Source: Octopus vulgaris (lineage: Eukaryota). Taken from it: a stretch of DNA of 64,000 nucleotides. The notes under the pieces were generated by a model that saw only the letters and a program-made list of their open reading frames with translations, was not told the origin of the DNA and made no database searches. The stretch spans positions 47,368,001 through 47,432,000 of the forward strand of contig OX597825.1 in assembly GCA_951406725.2 (NCBI GenBank), given 5' to 3'. Below are positions 13,500 to 32,539 of this stretch, in pieces. The translations under genes were made by a program, and so were the position numbers. The first letter of the stretch is position 1. Every line of letters starts with the position of its first letter.

Positions 13500-14140
13500 A
13501 AATGTTTGACAATTCAGCACCGTCCATTGGACGTGGGTGGGGGGCGTTTTATAGATATATATATATGTATATGTATATATTTATGTCTCGCCCATTAATG
13601 CCTAGGTATATATACAACTATGTACATGCATCTGTGCGTTTTTGGTGTGTATATGTATATTATAGATGGTTTAGTATGTACATATACTGCTAAAGGTATA
13701 TGTAATTCAACGTGAAAATTTTAAATTTTTAAACGGATATAGCTTTTAATGTATTAATTGATTCATATTTTACATATAATTATTTATCCTATGTGTTTAG
13801 ACTCTGCCGTTTTATAAGCTTTTTTACATTTAAGGTTGTTTTTTTCGAGTTTATAAGATGATTTTATACTGAATTTTGTTCATTGCATGCTTAAAACCGT
13901 TAGTTGAAAGGACAAATGAAACAAAACTATTTTGAAATATGTATCCATTACACTAATTGTACATGTTTGCTTATAACCTTATTTCTGTTCCATTTTAAAC
14001 AAACCTGTCCGGCTAACAGGAACGTGAAACTCTGAGTAACAGTTATTGTAATATTTTTGCTGCTTTTCAATAAAGCATATTACTCTACCTCTGGTATTCG
14101 AGTACTATTTTTCCACCTTGTTTCGCATTTATGTGCTTAC
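13500..14140 (+). repeat. Decayed PLE-terminus-like repeat with a half hammerhead
   Basis: GAAA-ctctgag-TA-acagtt near 14026-14044 resembles the 4.3 kb HHR 3' half, but no CUGANGA is found upstream. 13560-13690 is an inverted relative of 11725-11830. Confidence 0.4.
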
Positions 14141-14149
14141 TACGGAGTA

Positions 14150-15535
<1,386 letters not shown>

Positions 15536-15539
15536 CTAT

Positions 15540-17802
<2,263 letters not shown>

Positions 17803-17865
17803 ATATATATATCTATATATATATCTATATCTATCTATCTATCTATCTATATATATATATATCTA

Positions 17866-17956
<91 letters not shown>

Positions 17957-18233
17957 TAATAAGGGTGAGAGAATTAGATACTAATTTAATAGTATATTTA
18001 TTCCACACCAAGTGGCCTAGTGCTACGAGAAACCTGGATTATTATAATATTTTATAACATATTATAATATTTTCACAAAATAAATATAAGAGAGTGGTCA
18101 CTATATTGATCACTCTAGCACCAGTTAATCCAAAAGGTTTCAACCACGAAGATACATGTTTCCCATGAAAGCCAGTACGACTGTTAGCTCACACGGACAG
18201 GGCAAATAAAAAATAACAAAAATACAGATTATT

Positions 18234-18309
18234 TTGGGACAATTGTTTCGCTATTAATGAATTAAATGTAATATTACTTACAATAATCCATTTGTAGCTC
18301 GTCAGCCAA
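18234..18309 (-). ncRNA. Type I hammerhead ribozyme
   Basis: Reverse complement of 19030-19105. Confidence 0.85.
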
Positions 18310-19029
18310 GACTATCTGGACGAAATCCACTCAATCACACGCCAGATTTTACCATAACGATAAATACGCGTGTGGTTCAATTGATTACATCCGACGTTAC
18401 AATTCAAATGCCCCAACCAACAGCGCGCCAAACTCTCACGGAAAACAAACACAGCATTTAGAAATAAATGCAGCATAATTATAATTAATTAATAAGGGTG
18501 AGAGAATTAGATACTAATTTAATAGTATATTTATTCCACACCAAGTGGCCTAGTGCTACGAGAAACCTGGATTATTATAATATTTTATAAAATATTGTAA
18601 TATTTTCACAAAATAAATATAAGAGAGTAGTCACTATATTGATCACTCTAGCACCAGTTAATCCAAAAGGTTTCAACCACGAAGATACATGTTTCCCATG
18701 AAAGCCAGTACGACTGTTAGCTCACACGGACAGGGCAAATAAAAAATAACAAAAATACAGATTATTTTGGGACAATTGTTTCGCTATTAATGAATTAAAT
18801 GTAATATTACTTGTGGAATAAATATACTATTAAATTAGTATCTAATTCTCTCACCCTTATTAATTAATTATAATTATGCTGCATTTATTTCTAAATAAAG
18901 TGAGAGTTTGGCGCGCTGTTGGTTGGGGCATTTGAATTGTAACGTCGGATGTAATCAATTGAACCACACGCGTATTTATCGTTATGGTAAAATCTGGCGT
19001 GTGATTGAGTGGATTTCGTCCAGATAGTC

Positions 19030-19105
19030 TTGGCTGACGAGCTACAAATGGATTATTGTAAGTAATATTACATTTAATTCATTAATAGCGAAACAATTGT
19101 CCCAA
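19030..19105 (+). ncRNA. Type I hammerhead ribozyme
   Basis: ttgg-CTGACGA-gcta…(41 nt)…tagc-GAAA-caattg-TC-ccaa. Palindromic helix III CAATTG; GUC cleavage predicted after 19101. Confidence 0.87.
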
Positions 19106-19562
19106 AATAATCTGTATTTTTGTTATTTCTTATTTGCCCTGTCCGTGTGAGCTAACAGTCGTACTGGCTTTCATGGGAAACATGTATCTTCGTGGTTGAA
19201 ACCTTTTGGATTAACTGGTGCTAGAGTGATCAATATAGTGACCACTTTCTTATATTTATTTTGTGAAAATATTATAATATGTTATAAAATATTATAATAA
19301 TCCAGGTTTCTCGTAGCACTAGGCCACTTGGTGTGGAATAAATATACTATTAAATTAGTATCTAATTCTCTCACCCTTATTAATTAATTATAATTATGCT
19401 GCATTTATTTCTAAATGCTGTGTTTGTTTTCCGTGAGAGTTTGGCGCGCTGTTGGTTGGGGCATTTGAATTGTAACGTCGGATGTAATCAATTGAACCAC
19501 ACGCGTATTTATCGTTATGGTAAAATCTGGCGTGTGATTGAGTGGATTTCGTCCAGATAGTC

Positions 19563-19638
19563 TTGGCTGACGAGCTACAAATGGATTATTGTAAGTAATA
19601 TTACATTTAATTCATTAATAGCGAAACAATTGTCCCAA
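19563..19638 (+). ncRNA. Type I hammerhead ribozyme
   Basis: Identical copy one period (533 bp) downstream. Confidence 0.87.
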
Positions 19639-19888
19639 AATAATCTGTATTTTTGTTATTTTTTATTTGCCCTGTCCGTGTGAGCTAACAGTCGTACTGG
19701 CTTTCATGGGAAACATGTATCTTCGTGGTTGAAACCTTTTGGATTAACTGGTGCTAGAGTGATCAATATAGTGACCACTCTCTTATATTTATTATTATAT
19801 ATATATATATATATATATATAAATATCTATATATATATATATATAAATATCTATATATATAAGGCAACACAAATCTTTAAAAAAACTC

Positions 19889-20344
19889 TTGACAAATGCC
19901 AAACTTCACACACCACATCCACCCCCAACAGTAAAAAAATGTGCACGCTCAAACTGTGGTACCTGCCCCTTTCTACTTGAAGGCTCTGAATTTACCTTCA
20001 AACAAGGTACGAAGTTTAAAATCAAGACTAACTTCTCCTGTTCCTCCGAGAACCTTATCTACGTTCTCACATGCGCTGGTTGCCAACATAATTATGTGGG
20101 ACAAACGAGTCTCCCGTTACGTAAACGAGTAACGGTGCATAAAGAACAAATAAATCTCCCGGAATACCGACAAATTCCACTGAGTGACCACTTAGACTCA
20201 TGTGCCAAAGACTTAAACCCCAAATTCTATATATTCCCCTTCTACCAATGTAAAGACGGGATCACCACACAGGAGAGAATTAACAAGGAGAATCTCTTTA
20301 TTGAAAAATTCCAAACACAACTTAATATGCAAACTCCTCGTTGA
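19889..20344 (+). CDS. GIY-YIG endonuclease domain of a 5'-truncated Penelope-like element (element about 19861-21160)
   Basis: CARSNCGTC…FSCSSENLIYVLTCAGCQHNYVGQT…RKRVTVHK…RINKENLFIEKF: the PLE Cys-rich linker plus GIY-YIG. A decayed HHR lies at 20981-21021. Confidence 0.85.
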   Translation: MTNAKLHTPHPPPTVKKCARSNCGTCPFLLEGSEFTFKQGTKFKIKTNFSCSSENLIYVLTCAGCQHNYVGQTSLPLRKRVTVHKEQINLPEYRQIPLSDHLDSCAKDLNPKFYIFPFYQCKDGITTQERINKENLFIEKFQTQLNMQTPR

Positions 20345-21159
20345 TCAAACTTCCTTTCTCTACCTCACTCTTCATGGATGGACTAACACAAATATATAAA
20401 GATACCATGCATTCACCACTTCAAGCTAAAACTTATATTCTTTAAATATCATTTTCACTATTGTTGTTGTTACTACTATCATTTTTATTATAAATGATAT
20501 GACAATTTGAAATGCAATTGTCTATGCAGTTTTATATTATTAGAAAATAATATAAATAAAGTGTTAAAATCAGAAAGTTAAGTTAACAAGCAATTATATA
20601 TAAAAAGATAATGCAAATGAAGCTAAAATGATAGTTTTATAATTTGGGTTTTATTGAAGAACTCAAAAGAGTTTTCTCCCCTTACTCACAACACAGGAAC
20701 TGAAGAACCAGGACCACAATTACTACTACTTCCTGTCCTGCAACATGCTGTATTCAACAACACAACACATCACATGCTCTTAATCCCTTTGGATCTTAAC
20801 ACCTCAAGGTAACTTTTTGGTAAACAACCATAAAACTCAAGATACACAACGAACTCACAATGTATCGGAGAACTTATTTTTTAATTTTTGTACATTTTTA
20901 TCATTATTCTTTTACAAAAAACATTGCAATTTTCTTTTTTTCCCCTTTCTAATTTTCAAAAAAACTTCTTAAAACATAAATATTCTTGACAAGTCATACA
21001 TTGACGAAAACCGGTTGAATAAATATATATATTTATATATTTTATCATTTTCTCATTTTATTAAAATTTTATTTCATTTGAGCATTCTGCATTTTTTAAA
21101 AATTTTTCCTTACTTATCATTTCTCCACGTGCGGTCAACACAACCCCACCATTTATTGA

Positions 21160-23607
<2,448 letters not shown>

Positions 23608-23688
23608 TCCCGGGTTGATTCGGGGTTAACCACAGTAAGTAAGGTACTCAATACATAGCAGAGTAAAATTAATTTATTATATAGAAGG

Positions 23689-23739
23689 AGCTTCTACAGG
23701 ACTAGTACTGTTTCATTCAAGAGAAATCTTCAGGAAGCT
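23689..23739 (-). ncRNA. Type I hammerhead ribozyme
   Basis: Minus strand: agcttc-CTGAAGA-tttctcttgaat-GAAA-cag tactagtc ctg-TA-gaagct. Helix I is 6 bp, helix III is 3 bp with an actagt palindromic loop, helix II is weak. Confidence 0.72.
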
Positions 23740-24171
23740 ATTTAACAAGAATTGTATTAGCATTTATACATTTAGAGGAGTGGTGGTGGGGGACTTTTTG
23801 GGGGTAGGCATAGCGCAAAATATCATACTTGGGGGAGTGGTCAAGGTAATAAAAAAATAAAAAAATAAAAAAATAAAAAATAAAAAAATAAAAAGATAAA
23901 ATAAAAGAATAAAAATAAAAATAAAAAATATAAAAAATATAAAAAATATAAAAAATATAAAAAATATAAAAAATATAAAAAATATAAAAAATATATATAA
24001 AAAATATATATAAAAAAATATATAAAAAAATATATATATAAAATATATATATAAAAAATATATATATAAAAAAAGGGGGATAGAGTTATAGGTAAATAAG
24101 GAGATTCTCACTTATACCTATACACACATGTATACGTATCTACACACACATACGCACATACACATATATCT

Positions 24172-24228
<57 letters not shown>

Positions 24229-24358
24229 CATACCTACACATACACACATACACATACATACAAATATACATATACATATATATATATACAATCCAATACA
24301 GGCCCATTCCTAATTTTAATTTTATTATCTTCATTTATTACTTTTGTTATCTTTGATC

Positions 24359-24458
24359 NNNNNNNNNNNNNNNNNNNNNNNNNNNNNNNNNNNNNNNNNN
24401 NNNNNNNNNNNNNNNNNNNNNNNNNNNNNNNNNNNNNNNNNNNNNNNNNNNNNNNNNN
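24359..24458. other. Assembly gap (100 N)
   Basis: Run of N. Confidence 1.
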
Positions 24459-24462
24459 TTAT

Positions 24463-24625
24463 AGGCGCGGGAGTGGCTGTGTGGTAAGTAGCTTGCTAAC
24501 CAACCACATGGTTCCGGGTTCAGTCCCACTGCGTGGCATCTTGGGCAAGTGTCTTCTGCTATGGTCCCGGGCCAACCAATTCCTAGTGAGTGGATTTGGT
24601 AGACGGAAACTGAAAGAAGCCTGTC

Positions 24626-24663
<38 letters not shown>

Positions 24664-24887
24664 GTGTGTGTGTGTATTTGTGTGTCTGTGTTTGTGCCCC
24701 TAGCATTGCTTGACAACCGATGCTGGTGTGTTTACGTCCCCGTCGCTTAGCGGTTCGGCAAAAGAGACCGATAGAATAAGTACTGGGCTTACAAAGAATA
24801 AGTCCCGGGGTCGATTTGCTCGACTAAAGGCGGTGCTCCTGCATGGCCGCAGTCAAATGACTGAAACAAGTAAAAGAGTAAAGAGTA
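24463..24887 (+). mobile_element. tRNA-derived SINE (same family as 4543)
   Basis: Full head, body and tail with (aaagagt)n. Confidence 0.9.
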
Positions 24888-24891
24888 TACG

Positions 24892-24923
<32 letters not shown>

Positions 24924-24949
24924 TATATATATTTATTTATTTATTTATC

Positions 24950-27410
24950 ATTAATAATAATTTACAATTAAGTTGTGAATCTATAAATGTAATTTATTTG
25001 ATTAGTTGTGATGAATGTGGCGTACAGTATGTAGGATAAACTACTCAGGAATTACACCAACGTTTCTATGGTCACAAACAGGCATTTGAATCTGGCAGTA
25101 AACTTAAAATTTACAAATACTTCAGAGAGTATAGCTCTGGGTTTGAAAAGTGTAAAATTCAAATAATTTGTCAACTAGATGACTGTGTGAATAATGTTAG
25201 ACAGAAACTGAGAGAATGAAAGGTATTGGACTAAGGTTTTGCGTATCGTATATCCTCTAGGTCTTAATGATAAAATGTTAGGTGTAGGGAATGTATCTAG
25301 AAATAATGATAAGGAGGAATATATTTCTCACAACCAGTGGTCAGCAGGAAATGTAGCGATGGATGCACGATCAAGGATGCTTCTTTGGTTTGGGCTAAAC
25401 TTAATGATTTATATGCAAAGAAAGAATATAATGGTTATATAATTTTAAAAGAATGTTCTTATGCCGAACTTAAATATATAATGGAAATATGGTATAGAGA
25501 GTTATCTGAAGTCAGTTTTTAGTGGATAGTTTTTGTAATAAGCTAAATGAATAAGGCTAAATTGAAAACCAATAATGTTAAAGTTAAATTTTAAAAAATC
25601 CATATGTTAGTAATTTCATTTAAGTAACGTAATTAGGAATGATAAAACAAAAAACGTTTTACCGGAAAATGTTAGACATTTAAATGTGAAGATTTGTTAT
25701 AAGCTCGGTAAGAAAGTATGTAATACCTTATTCAATTATAATAAGCTCCCATCTAAAATCAGTCTTGAAGGTTTGGAAGAAATATACTTAGGAATTTGTA
25801 AATGTGCTAATTCAGAAATTTGTTATAAAGAAATAGGGCATGTTTATACAGGAAATTTGAATATTATTAGAAATAAGCAAATACGGTAGGTTATGGTTAA
25901 AGGGACAAAATGCAGAGAACAAGGTAAAGTTAGTAAATATAATTTAAATAAAGTTACATTAAAAGCCATTAATGAGTTCATAGTTAATTTAAGTCTTTAA
26001 TATAAAGATAATATGGAGGAGTTCAATTGCTGGGTTAGCAAATTAACTTAAATGGTAGTTAAACATTTAAAGAAATATGATAAGTGGATAGAGAAATATT
26101 CAGCCCTGAATAAACCACTAGTTAAAGAATTTATAGATGAATTACATAAAAAGTATATAATAGTGCCAGCAGATAAAGTAGCAGGGAATTTTGTAGTAAT
26201 TTGTAAAAAATATTATATGATGGTTATAGGTAAAGAGTGAGGAGTGTATAAGGAATTTAAGTTTATAAGTAATAACACACACAAAAATTATATCTGAAAA
26301 CGTTAATGAGTTAGTTAATAGACTTATACCCACAGTAGAAAGATTGAGTGGTTTAGAAGTGGCAGAAAAAGATCAAGATATCCCTAAACTGTTTTGGATT
26401 CCTAAACTACATAAGGTTCCTTTTAAAAGTAGATCCATAGAAGGAGCTTGTAATTGTACAAATAAACAGCTATCTATATTGATTAATGATGCTTTAAAAG
26501 TTGTTAGAACATATTTTTTAAAAATATTGTGATAAAATTTATAACAGTTTAGGAATTAATTATTTTTGGAGTGTTAGATCAACTAAGGAATTTCTGGATA
26601 GACTGATCACATGTAAGAAAGTTAAGAGTATGTACATGTATGATTTTTCGACACTATATACTTAAATCTTAAATGTGTAGAAGATATTTTTAGAATATTA
26701 GATATTTTTTTAATAAAGGATATAAATAAATATCTTCAAAGAATGGTAAACGTTTCTTGTCTAACTGTTGTTATAAGGGATATACTAATATAAGTAAAAG
26801 AAAGATGTAAGAAATGGTTAGTTTTAGGGGGATTCCAATGGGTGGCAAGTGTAGCCCCCTATTTGTGGACTCTTATCTTTCTTCATGCAATTTCCTTTTT
26901 CTTAAAGACCTAAAGGAAAAAGTTGGGTTTGCTTAAACAACTTGATGAATGCTGCAGATACATACACGATATATTTATACCTAATTATGGCTTCTTTGAA
27001 TTTTTACTCAGAAAAATATACCCTAGTGAGCTTATAGCCACCAGAAATTGTAACAATATAAGAAATATTAATTATTTAGATGTCAATCTAGTAATTAAGG
27101 ATAATAATGAAATATATACTGACATTTATAATAAAACAGAAGATTTTGGTTTCCAAGTGGCTTCAGTGCCATGGCTCAGTAGTAAAATTCCTTCTATTGG
27201 TTGTTGTGTTTTTGAAAATTGTTAGATATAGTACTATTATTAATAATGCAAATAAATTTTTGGAATGAATAAATAAACTGTTAAGGCATTTAATAAAACA
27301 AGGGTATAAATACGGTAAATCGATTATAACTTTTAATTGCTGTTCAGGCGGGAAACTTGAAATTTTAAATAAATATAGAGTAATATCTAGTCTTCAACTT
27401 AGCAAATAAT
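24950..27410 (+). mobile_element. Decayed Naiad-type Penelope-like element (GIY-YIG upstream of RT)
   Basis: In order: SCESINVIYLISCDECGVQYVG*T; LRIVYPLGLND; HVYTGNLNII; IVPADKVAGN; LFWIPKLHK; YDFSTLYT; GIPMGGKCSP; RYIHD; NYLD; YNKTEDF. Many stops and frameshifts. Confidence 0.8.
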
Positions 27411-27519
27411 TGTAAATATTGGGAATGTTTACGATTCGAATTATTTGCTTACTACGTTACCAATATTGTTTGAGACAATTGAGGAAGTAGTAATTACGCA
27501 CTACGTCATCAATAGTTAA

Positions 27520-28641
27520 GTTAGTCCTTTGAAATTCTTGGTGATGGAACCGCGTGTCTGATAAAATATGTAAGCCTTGGCTGTTGATACGCAAACATGC
27601 GCTGAGGTTGAGGCGTCTCTGGCTTTACCTGGATGGTGAAAGGGTATGCTCTGCGCTTGCGAAACGGATGTTTCCCAGGTTCACTGGTTCTGTGGGGGAG
27701 AGAAAGCTGGTTTCGTCGAAGATCGAGGTTGGTACACGGGGTGCCGTAAGGCGCTCCTACAGTTCCGTCGCTCGAGCAATGCCAATGGTTTTGGTACAAC
27801 CGCATCTTTTTATAGAAGGTTGGTAGAGGCTGGATGTGACGACACCCTGGGTCTCGATAATACTCAGTTAGACCGCCTGTTCAAACGGACATTCGGGCCG
27901 AAGACACTGGATAACTTCCAAGAGTCTCTGGCCTGATAGTGATACCGAGGAGCCTTACCCATTCGGGATAAGCTCACTAGACACGGCCGTGCCGGCCCAT
28001 AGGCCTGTCCAAGATGCGAGCAGGACAGGGGAATCGTCCTGCACGCTATTGTTCAATGTCCGGAAGTGTCAGAAGCGTGGGCTTATGCAGAACACCTGTT
28101 GTCAGATGCAAGAAGAGTACAGCTGTCGTCTGAGTCAATTCTAAAAATTAACCCACCAGATTTCCTCACGAAAGAAGGTAAGAATTGTTTTCTCGCGATA
28201 GTAGCAATCGTGAAAGAGGTGATATGGAAGTCGAGAATGAAAGGATTGGTGATGGGCAGCTTCCTCTCTGGCTTCGGTTTGGTGAGATTTTTCACCTTTC
28301 ATCTGAAAAGGAAAGTGGGGCTAGAGAGGAGATGCCTGTCATCGAGAATGTATAAAGATAGATGGGTACGTGTAGCACGAATGCTGTGTATGAAAGATAC
28401 TGCGTGAACATGTCACAAAACTTGCCAAAAAGTGTTGATAGTGAAATATGGCTCGTTGGGTCGGAGCTAAAACCTGTTCTCCTGCCTCATTTCATGATTT
28501 TCAATTTGTTTTGTAGTTTGTGTTACCATCCGATTTTCCATTCGATTTCGTTGTAAATTTTTACATCTCATTCTGTGTGCCTGGCCCCAAATCAAGCTGT
28601 ATTGTCCCCTCTATGTTGGCTCCGTGTGGGCAATAAAGAAA
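27520..28641 (+). mobile_element. 3' fragment of a Tx1/L1-clade LINE
   Basis: CPRC…VLHAIVQC zinc knuckle, then KEVIWKSR…HLKRKVGLERR…YKDRW (zf-RVT and C-terminal region). Ends aataaagaaa. GC-richer than its flanks. Confidence 0.75.
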
Positions 28642-28959
28642 CAACTTGTAGTTTTATTATATTTTAAACAGTTTTAATTAGCTTTAGACATAGCAAGATT
28701 TTATAAGAATAGTTAATTACAAGCACTATTATTAGTTCCTATTTAATAAAATTTAATTTTTCTATTAGTTACAAGTAATTTAATATTATAGCTTGTAGTG
28801 GTGATACATTAATGAGTATGTAGTATTTTATTATTAACCTTTGAAAGATGAAATAATGTATTTCACTCATAATTATTATATTATTAGTTAAATTAAATTC
28901 AATTGTGTTTGTTTTGTTTTGGAGAGATTAATACAAAGCTTTAACTTTTATTATAGTAG

Positions 28960-29330
28960 TAACTATGGAAGACTGGTGGGATTATAATGTTTATGGACTT
29001 AAAGATTGGTCGCGATTTAGCATATAATTTAGTTATTGCAGGTTTATTATTAATACTGATACGATGTACATTGATTTATGCGTTTCTTTGTTGTAGTTTT
29101 ATTTAAGTCAGTGTTTAATCCTGCCTATAAATTGATTGATTGAATAAATTTTTTGATTAAGCTTTCGCTTTTATATTATACTATGGAAGACGGTAGGGAT
29201 TATAATTTTGTATGACTTAATGGATTGGTCGGTGTTTAGTTACGTATTTAGGAGTTGATTGTAATTAACTTATTGAGTTTATTTACCGATACGGTCGTAC
29301 ATAGGGTAAATGTGTTTCAAAGATGTCGTT
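28960..29330 (+). repeat. Diverged tandem duplication of about 215 bp
   Basis: ctatggaagac…gggattataat…ttaa.gattggtcg occurs near 28963 and near 29181. Confidence 0.6.
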
Positions 29331-29610
29331 CCTTTAGTTTGTTCCCAAACAACACTTATTTTAGTGCTGTTGACACTACCGGATTGAATAGTACTGCCGA
29401 GGAGTCGAAACCATAATGTTATCTGTGGGGCAGTTGATGATGGAGGTATGGGGTATTGTTGGTATGGCTATTTTGTATATGTGGAATAGTATTATAACAC
29501 ATCATTTTGATTACATATATGTGTGTGTGCGTGCGTGCCTGCGTGCGTGTGTAAATAACTTTATATATATGTACATAAAAACACACATACATACATACAT
29601 ACATACATAA

Positions 29611-29687
29611 AAACTTAGATAAAACTTAGATATGTTTCGACCAGAGATTGGTCCAGGCCATGTCTAACTTAATAGCACCACCTGATA
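29611..29687 (-). mobile_element. Solo about 75-bp 3' tail of the 690-2066 LINE family
   Basis: Reverse complement of 1996-2070 (tatcaggtggtgctattaagttagacatggcctggaccaatc…ggtcgaaacatatctaagtt). Confidence 0.85.
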
Positions 29688-29933
29688 ACATATATATATA
29701 TATCATGAAATGACTGTTACTTTCTCAGATGCAGCATGGAATTTTGTCAGTGAACAGGTCACAGTCTCAAAGCGATGAAGATATTTTGACAAATTAAATT
29801 GAAATGTTGACGTGAATCTAACGGTTTTCACGTGTTTTTAAATGGCTTATAAACACCTTATACGCTACAATATTAATAATGATATTGAAAAAATACCTTA
29901 GGAATGAAAATTCAGGTTCAAAACTCCCCTAGG

Positions 29934-29977
29934 ACACCTGATGAGAGCTAGAAAGTGCATCAGCCGAAAGGTTGTGT
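29934..29977 (+). ncRNA. Minimal hammerhead, probably mutated
   Basis: acac-CTGATGA-gagct…agcc-GAAA-gg-TT-gtgt. The expected GAAAcg reads GAAAgg. Confidence 0.5.
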
Positions 29978-30048
29978 TAACAACAAACAAGATGAGGACA
30001 AATATCCGTCAAATGTAACGAACATAATTCCTCATCTCTCAAATATAG

Positions 30049-30100
<52 letters not shown>

Positions 30101-30119
30101 ATGTATATATATATATATT

Positions 30120-30150
<31 letters not shown>

Positions 30151-30151
30151 A

Positions 30152-30206
<55 letters not shown>

Positions 30207-30212
30207 TTATAT

Positions 30213-30267
30213 TACTCTTTTACTCTTTTACTTGTTTCAGTCATTTGACTGCGGCCATGCTGGAGCA
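30213..30267 (-). mobile_element. SINE 3' tail fragment
   Basis: tactcttttacttgtttcagtcatttgactgcggccatgctggagca. Confidence 0.8.
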
Positions 30268-31168
30268 TTTTAATTTTAACTTTCCTATGATATACAATTT
30301 TCAAGATGGTGTAATTTGGTTGTTCATTTTGAACCGATAAAAGTTTTTTTTCAAATATTTTATGTATAAGTCTGTGTGTGTATATATATGTAGTGGTATA
30401 AATATCAACACACAAAAATATTTTTTTCTTCTCCATTTCCTCCCTTATTTTTATTTATTTTTTATTTTTTATTTTTATTTTTATATTTATTTTTATTTTT
30501 ATTTTCCCTTTTCTCTTTTTGTCTCTCTCCCCTTCTCCAAACACACAGACACACATACACACACGCACACAAACACACACGGACACACAGAGACACACAC
30601 ACACACAACTCCACAAAACGATCATACAAAGTATGACCCCAAATGACATTTGTCCATCCCCAAAATCATAAAAGGTGTAATTCCTGGCCAGCCTACCCAC
30701 CAACACACACTCAGTGACACCAGAATGGACAGAGAGCTAAAATTCTTAGAACTCCCCAGGGGGTCCAAAAGGAAATCCTTCTTCTTCTTCTTCTTCTTCT
30801 TCTTCCCCCTCTCCCTTTCCCTTTTTCTCTTTAGCCTCAGATACAAACGCACACACACACACACACACACACACATAAACACACACACACACACATACAC
30901 ATACAAACATGTTCTCTCTCTCACTTCCTCCTCATCCACATCACCCTCTTATACTGTCTTGTTCCTCCCCACTACTACGAAACTCTATAAAATGATCAAA
31001 TTCCCCACAAAGGAATTGATTTGATTTGAAAACCCCACTGGAATGGGAGAAAGCGCTAATAATCCGAATGATATGATCTGAATGATATGATATATATATG
31101 TAAAAAATGTAATATATAAATAAATATATATAAATATTAACCATCCGATCTTCTGATTACCTCATTTC

Positions 31169-31211
<43 letters not shown>

Positions 31212-31394
31212 ATATATATATATACATATATATGTGTGTGTGTGTGTGCGCGTATATGTATATGTATATGTATGTATGCATATTTATATTTAGATGGACT
31301 CAAGCCTTATCCAACCTGAATTTATATATATATATATATCGGTTAAGGTAGCAGTTTCTTGGCGAGGCCGTATATGTTTATTGAAATGTAAGCA

Positions 31395-31445
<51 letters not shown>

Positions 31446-31526
31446 CATAATATATAAATATTTGTATATATATATATTGACACAAATTGATATATATATA
31501 TATATAATATATAACTTGATATATAT

Positions 31527-31712
31527 TCTTTTATTCTTTTGTTTCAGTCATTTGACAGCGGCCATGTTGAAGCACCGCCTTTAGTCGAACAAATAGATCC
31601 CAGGACTTATGCTTTGTAAGCCTAGTACTTACGGGGACGTAAACATACCAACATCGGTTGTCAAGTGATGGTAGTGGTGGTGGTGTGGGTGACAAAACAC
31701 AGACACACAAAT
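31527..31712 (-). mobile_element. Internally deleted SINE 3' half
   Basis: Reverse complement of the SINE tail and body. Confidence 0.75.
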
Positions 31713-32497
31713 ATATACCTACATATATATACCTACATATATATTAGGAGGTCTGGAGCTGATGTACAGGTATTATATATTAGAGGTACTCAAAATCTGG
31801 ATGGTTTTATATTTACAGATTTTTATTAATATGTCACATGCTTTTATAAATCATATATTTGCGCTTGTATCCACTCAAGTGGATTCTTCAGATTGAATTT
31901 TTTGAGGAGATTCGTTTCTTTTTATAGTATTATTGAGTGTGCAGGGGTGGAGAGAGATATAGGATAGTAAAAGAGGGTGAGGAACGGGGAGAAAGTGAGA
32001 GAGAGTGCGTGTGTACCTTTGTATCTGAAAGAGTGTCAATGGAAAAGAGACGGAAAGGAAGAAGGAAGAGAGAAAGAAGAAAAAATGTGTTTATTTCTAT
32101 ACGGCTGGACAGTTTTTTCAATAGAAAGTGATTCTTGACCTTTAGAAATGGGAAAACCAGGTGGCTACTCCATGGGGGTTCTTGTTTTGATAAAAGTTAT
32201 TTATCAAAATATTGTCTGGATTTCTTTTCATCATTGTCCAGTGAGAGAGAGAGTGTGTGTGCGCGCGCGCGTGTGTGTGTGTGTATGTGTGCGTGTGTGT
32301 ACCTGAAAGGTGTGTCAATGGAAAAGAGAAAGAAAGAAAGAAGGAAAAAAGGAAGAAAATATTTGTGTTTACATCTATATCGCTGTTCAGTTCTTTCAAT
32401 CCATTGTTTGATTCCCATGCTTGTATGGGTTGGAGAATATGGATGTAAGATTATTTGTCTTTATGTATATGCACATATGTATAGTACTGTGTGTGCA

Positions 32498-32528
<31 letters not shown>

Positions 32529-32539
32529 TTGTGTGCGGT

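Larger units (their letters stand above)
17951..19791. repeat. 533-bp HHR-containing unit, about 1.6 copies on the minus strand then about 1.85 copies on the plus strand (inversion junction 18812/18813); PLE pLTR-like
   Basis: Near-identical direct repeats with period 533 on each side. The halves are reverse complements. A GIY-YIG ORF is adjacent. Confidence 0.92.

Noticed and set aside
17951-19791. CRISPR array or DNA-transposon TIR interpretation
   Set aside because: The units are 533 bp with no unique spacers. The asymmetric internal inversion and the HHRs fit a PLE/retrozyme origin better.
23846-24073. A-rich (aaaaatata)n array
   Set aside because: Low-complexity minisatellite with no further structure.
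24960-25270. Selenocysteine-recoded Naiad endonuclease
   Set aside because: The visible cysteine codons are TGT. The stop after YVG is TAA, in a copy with many lesions.
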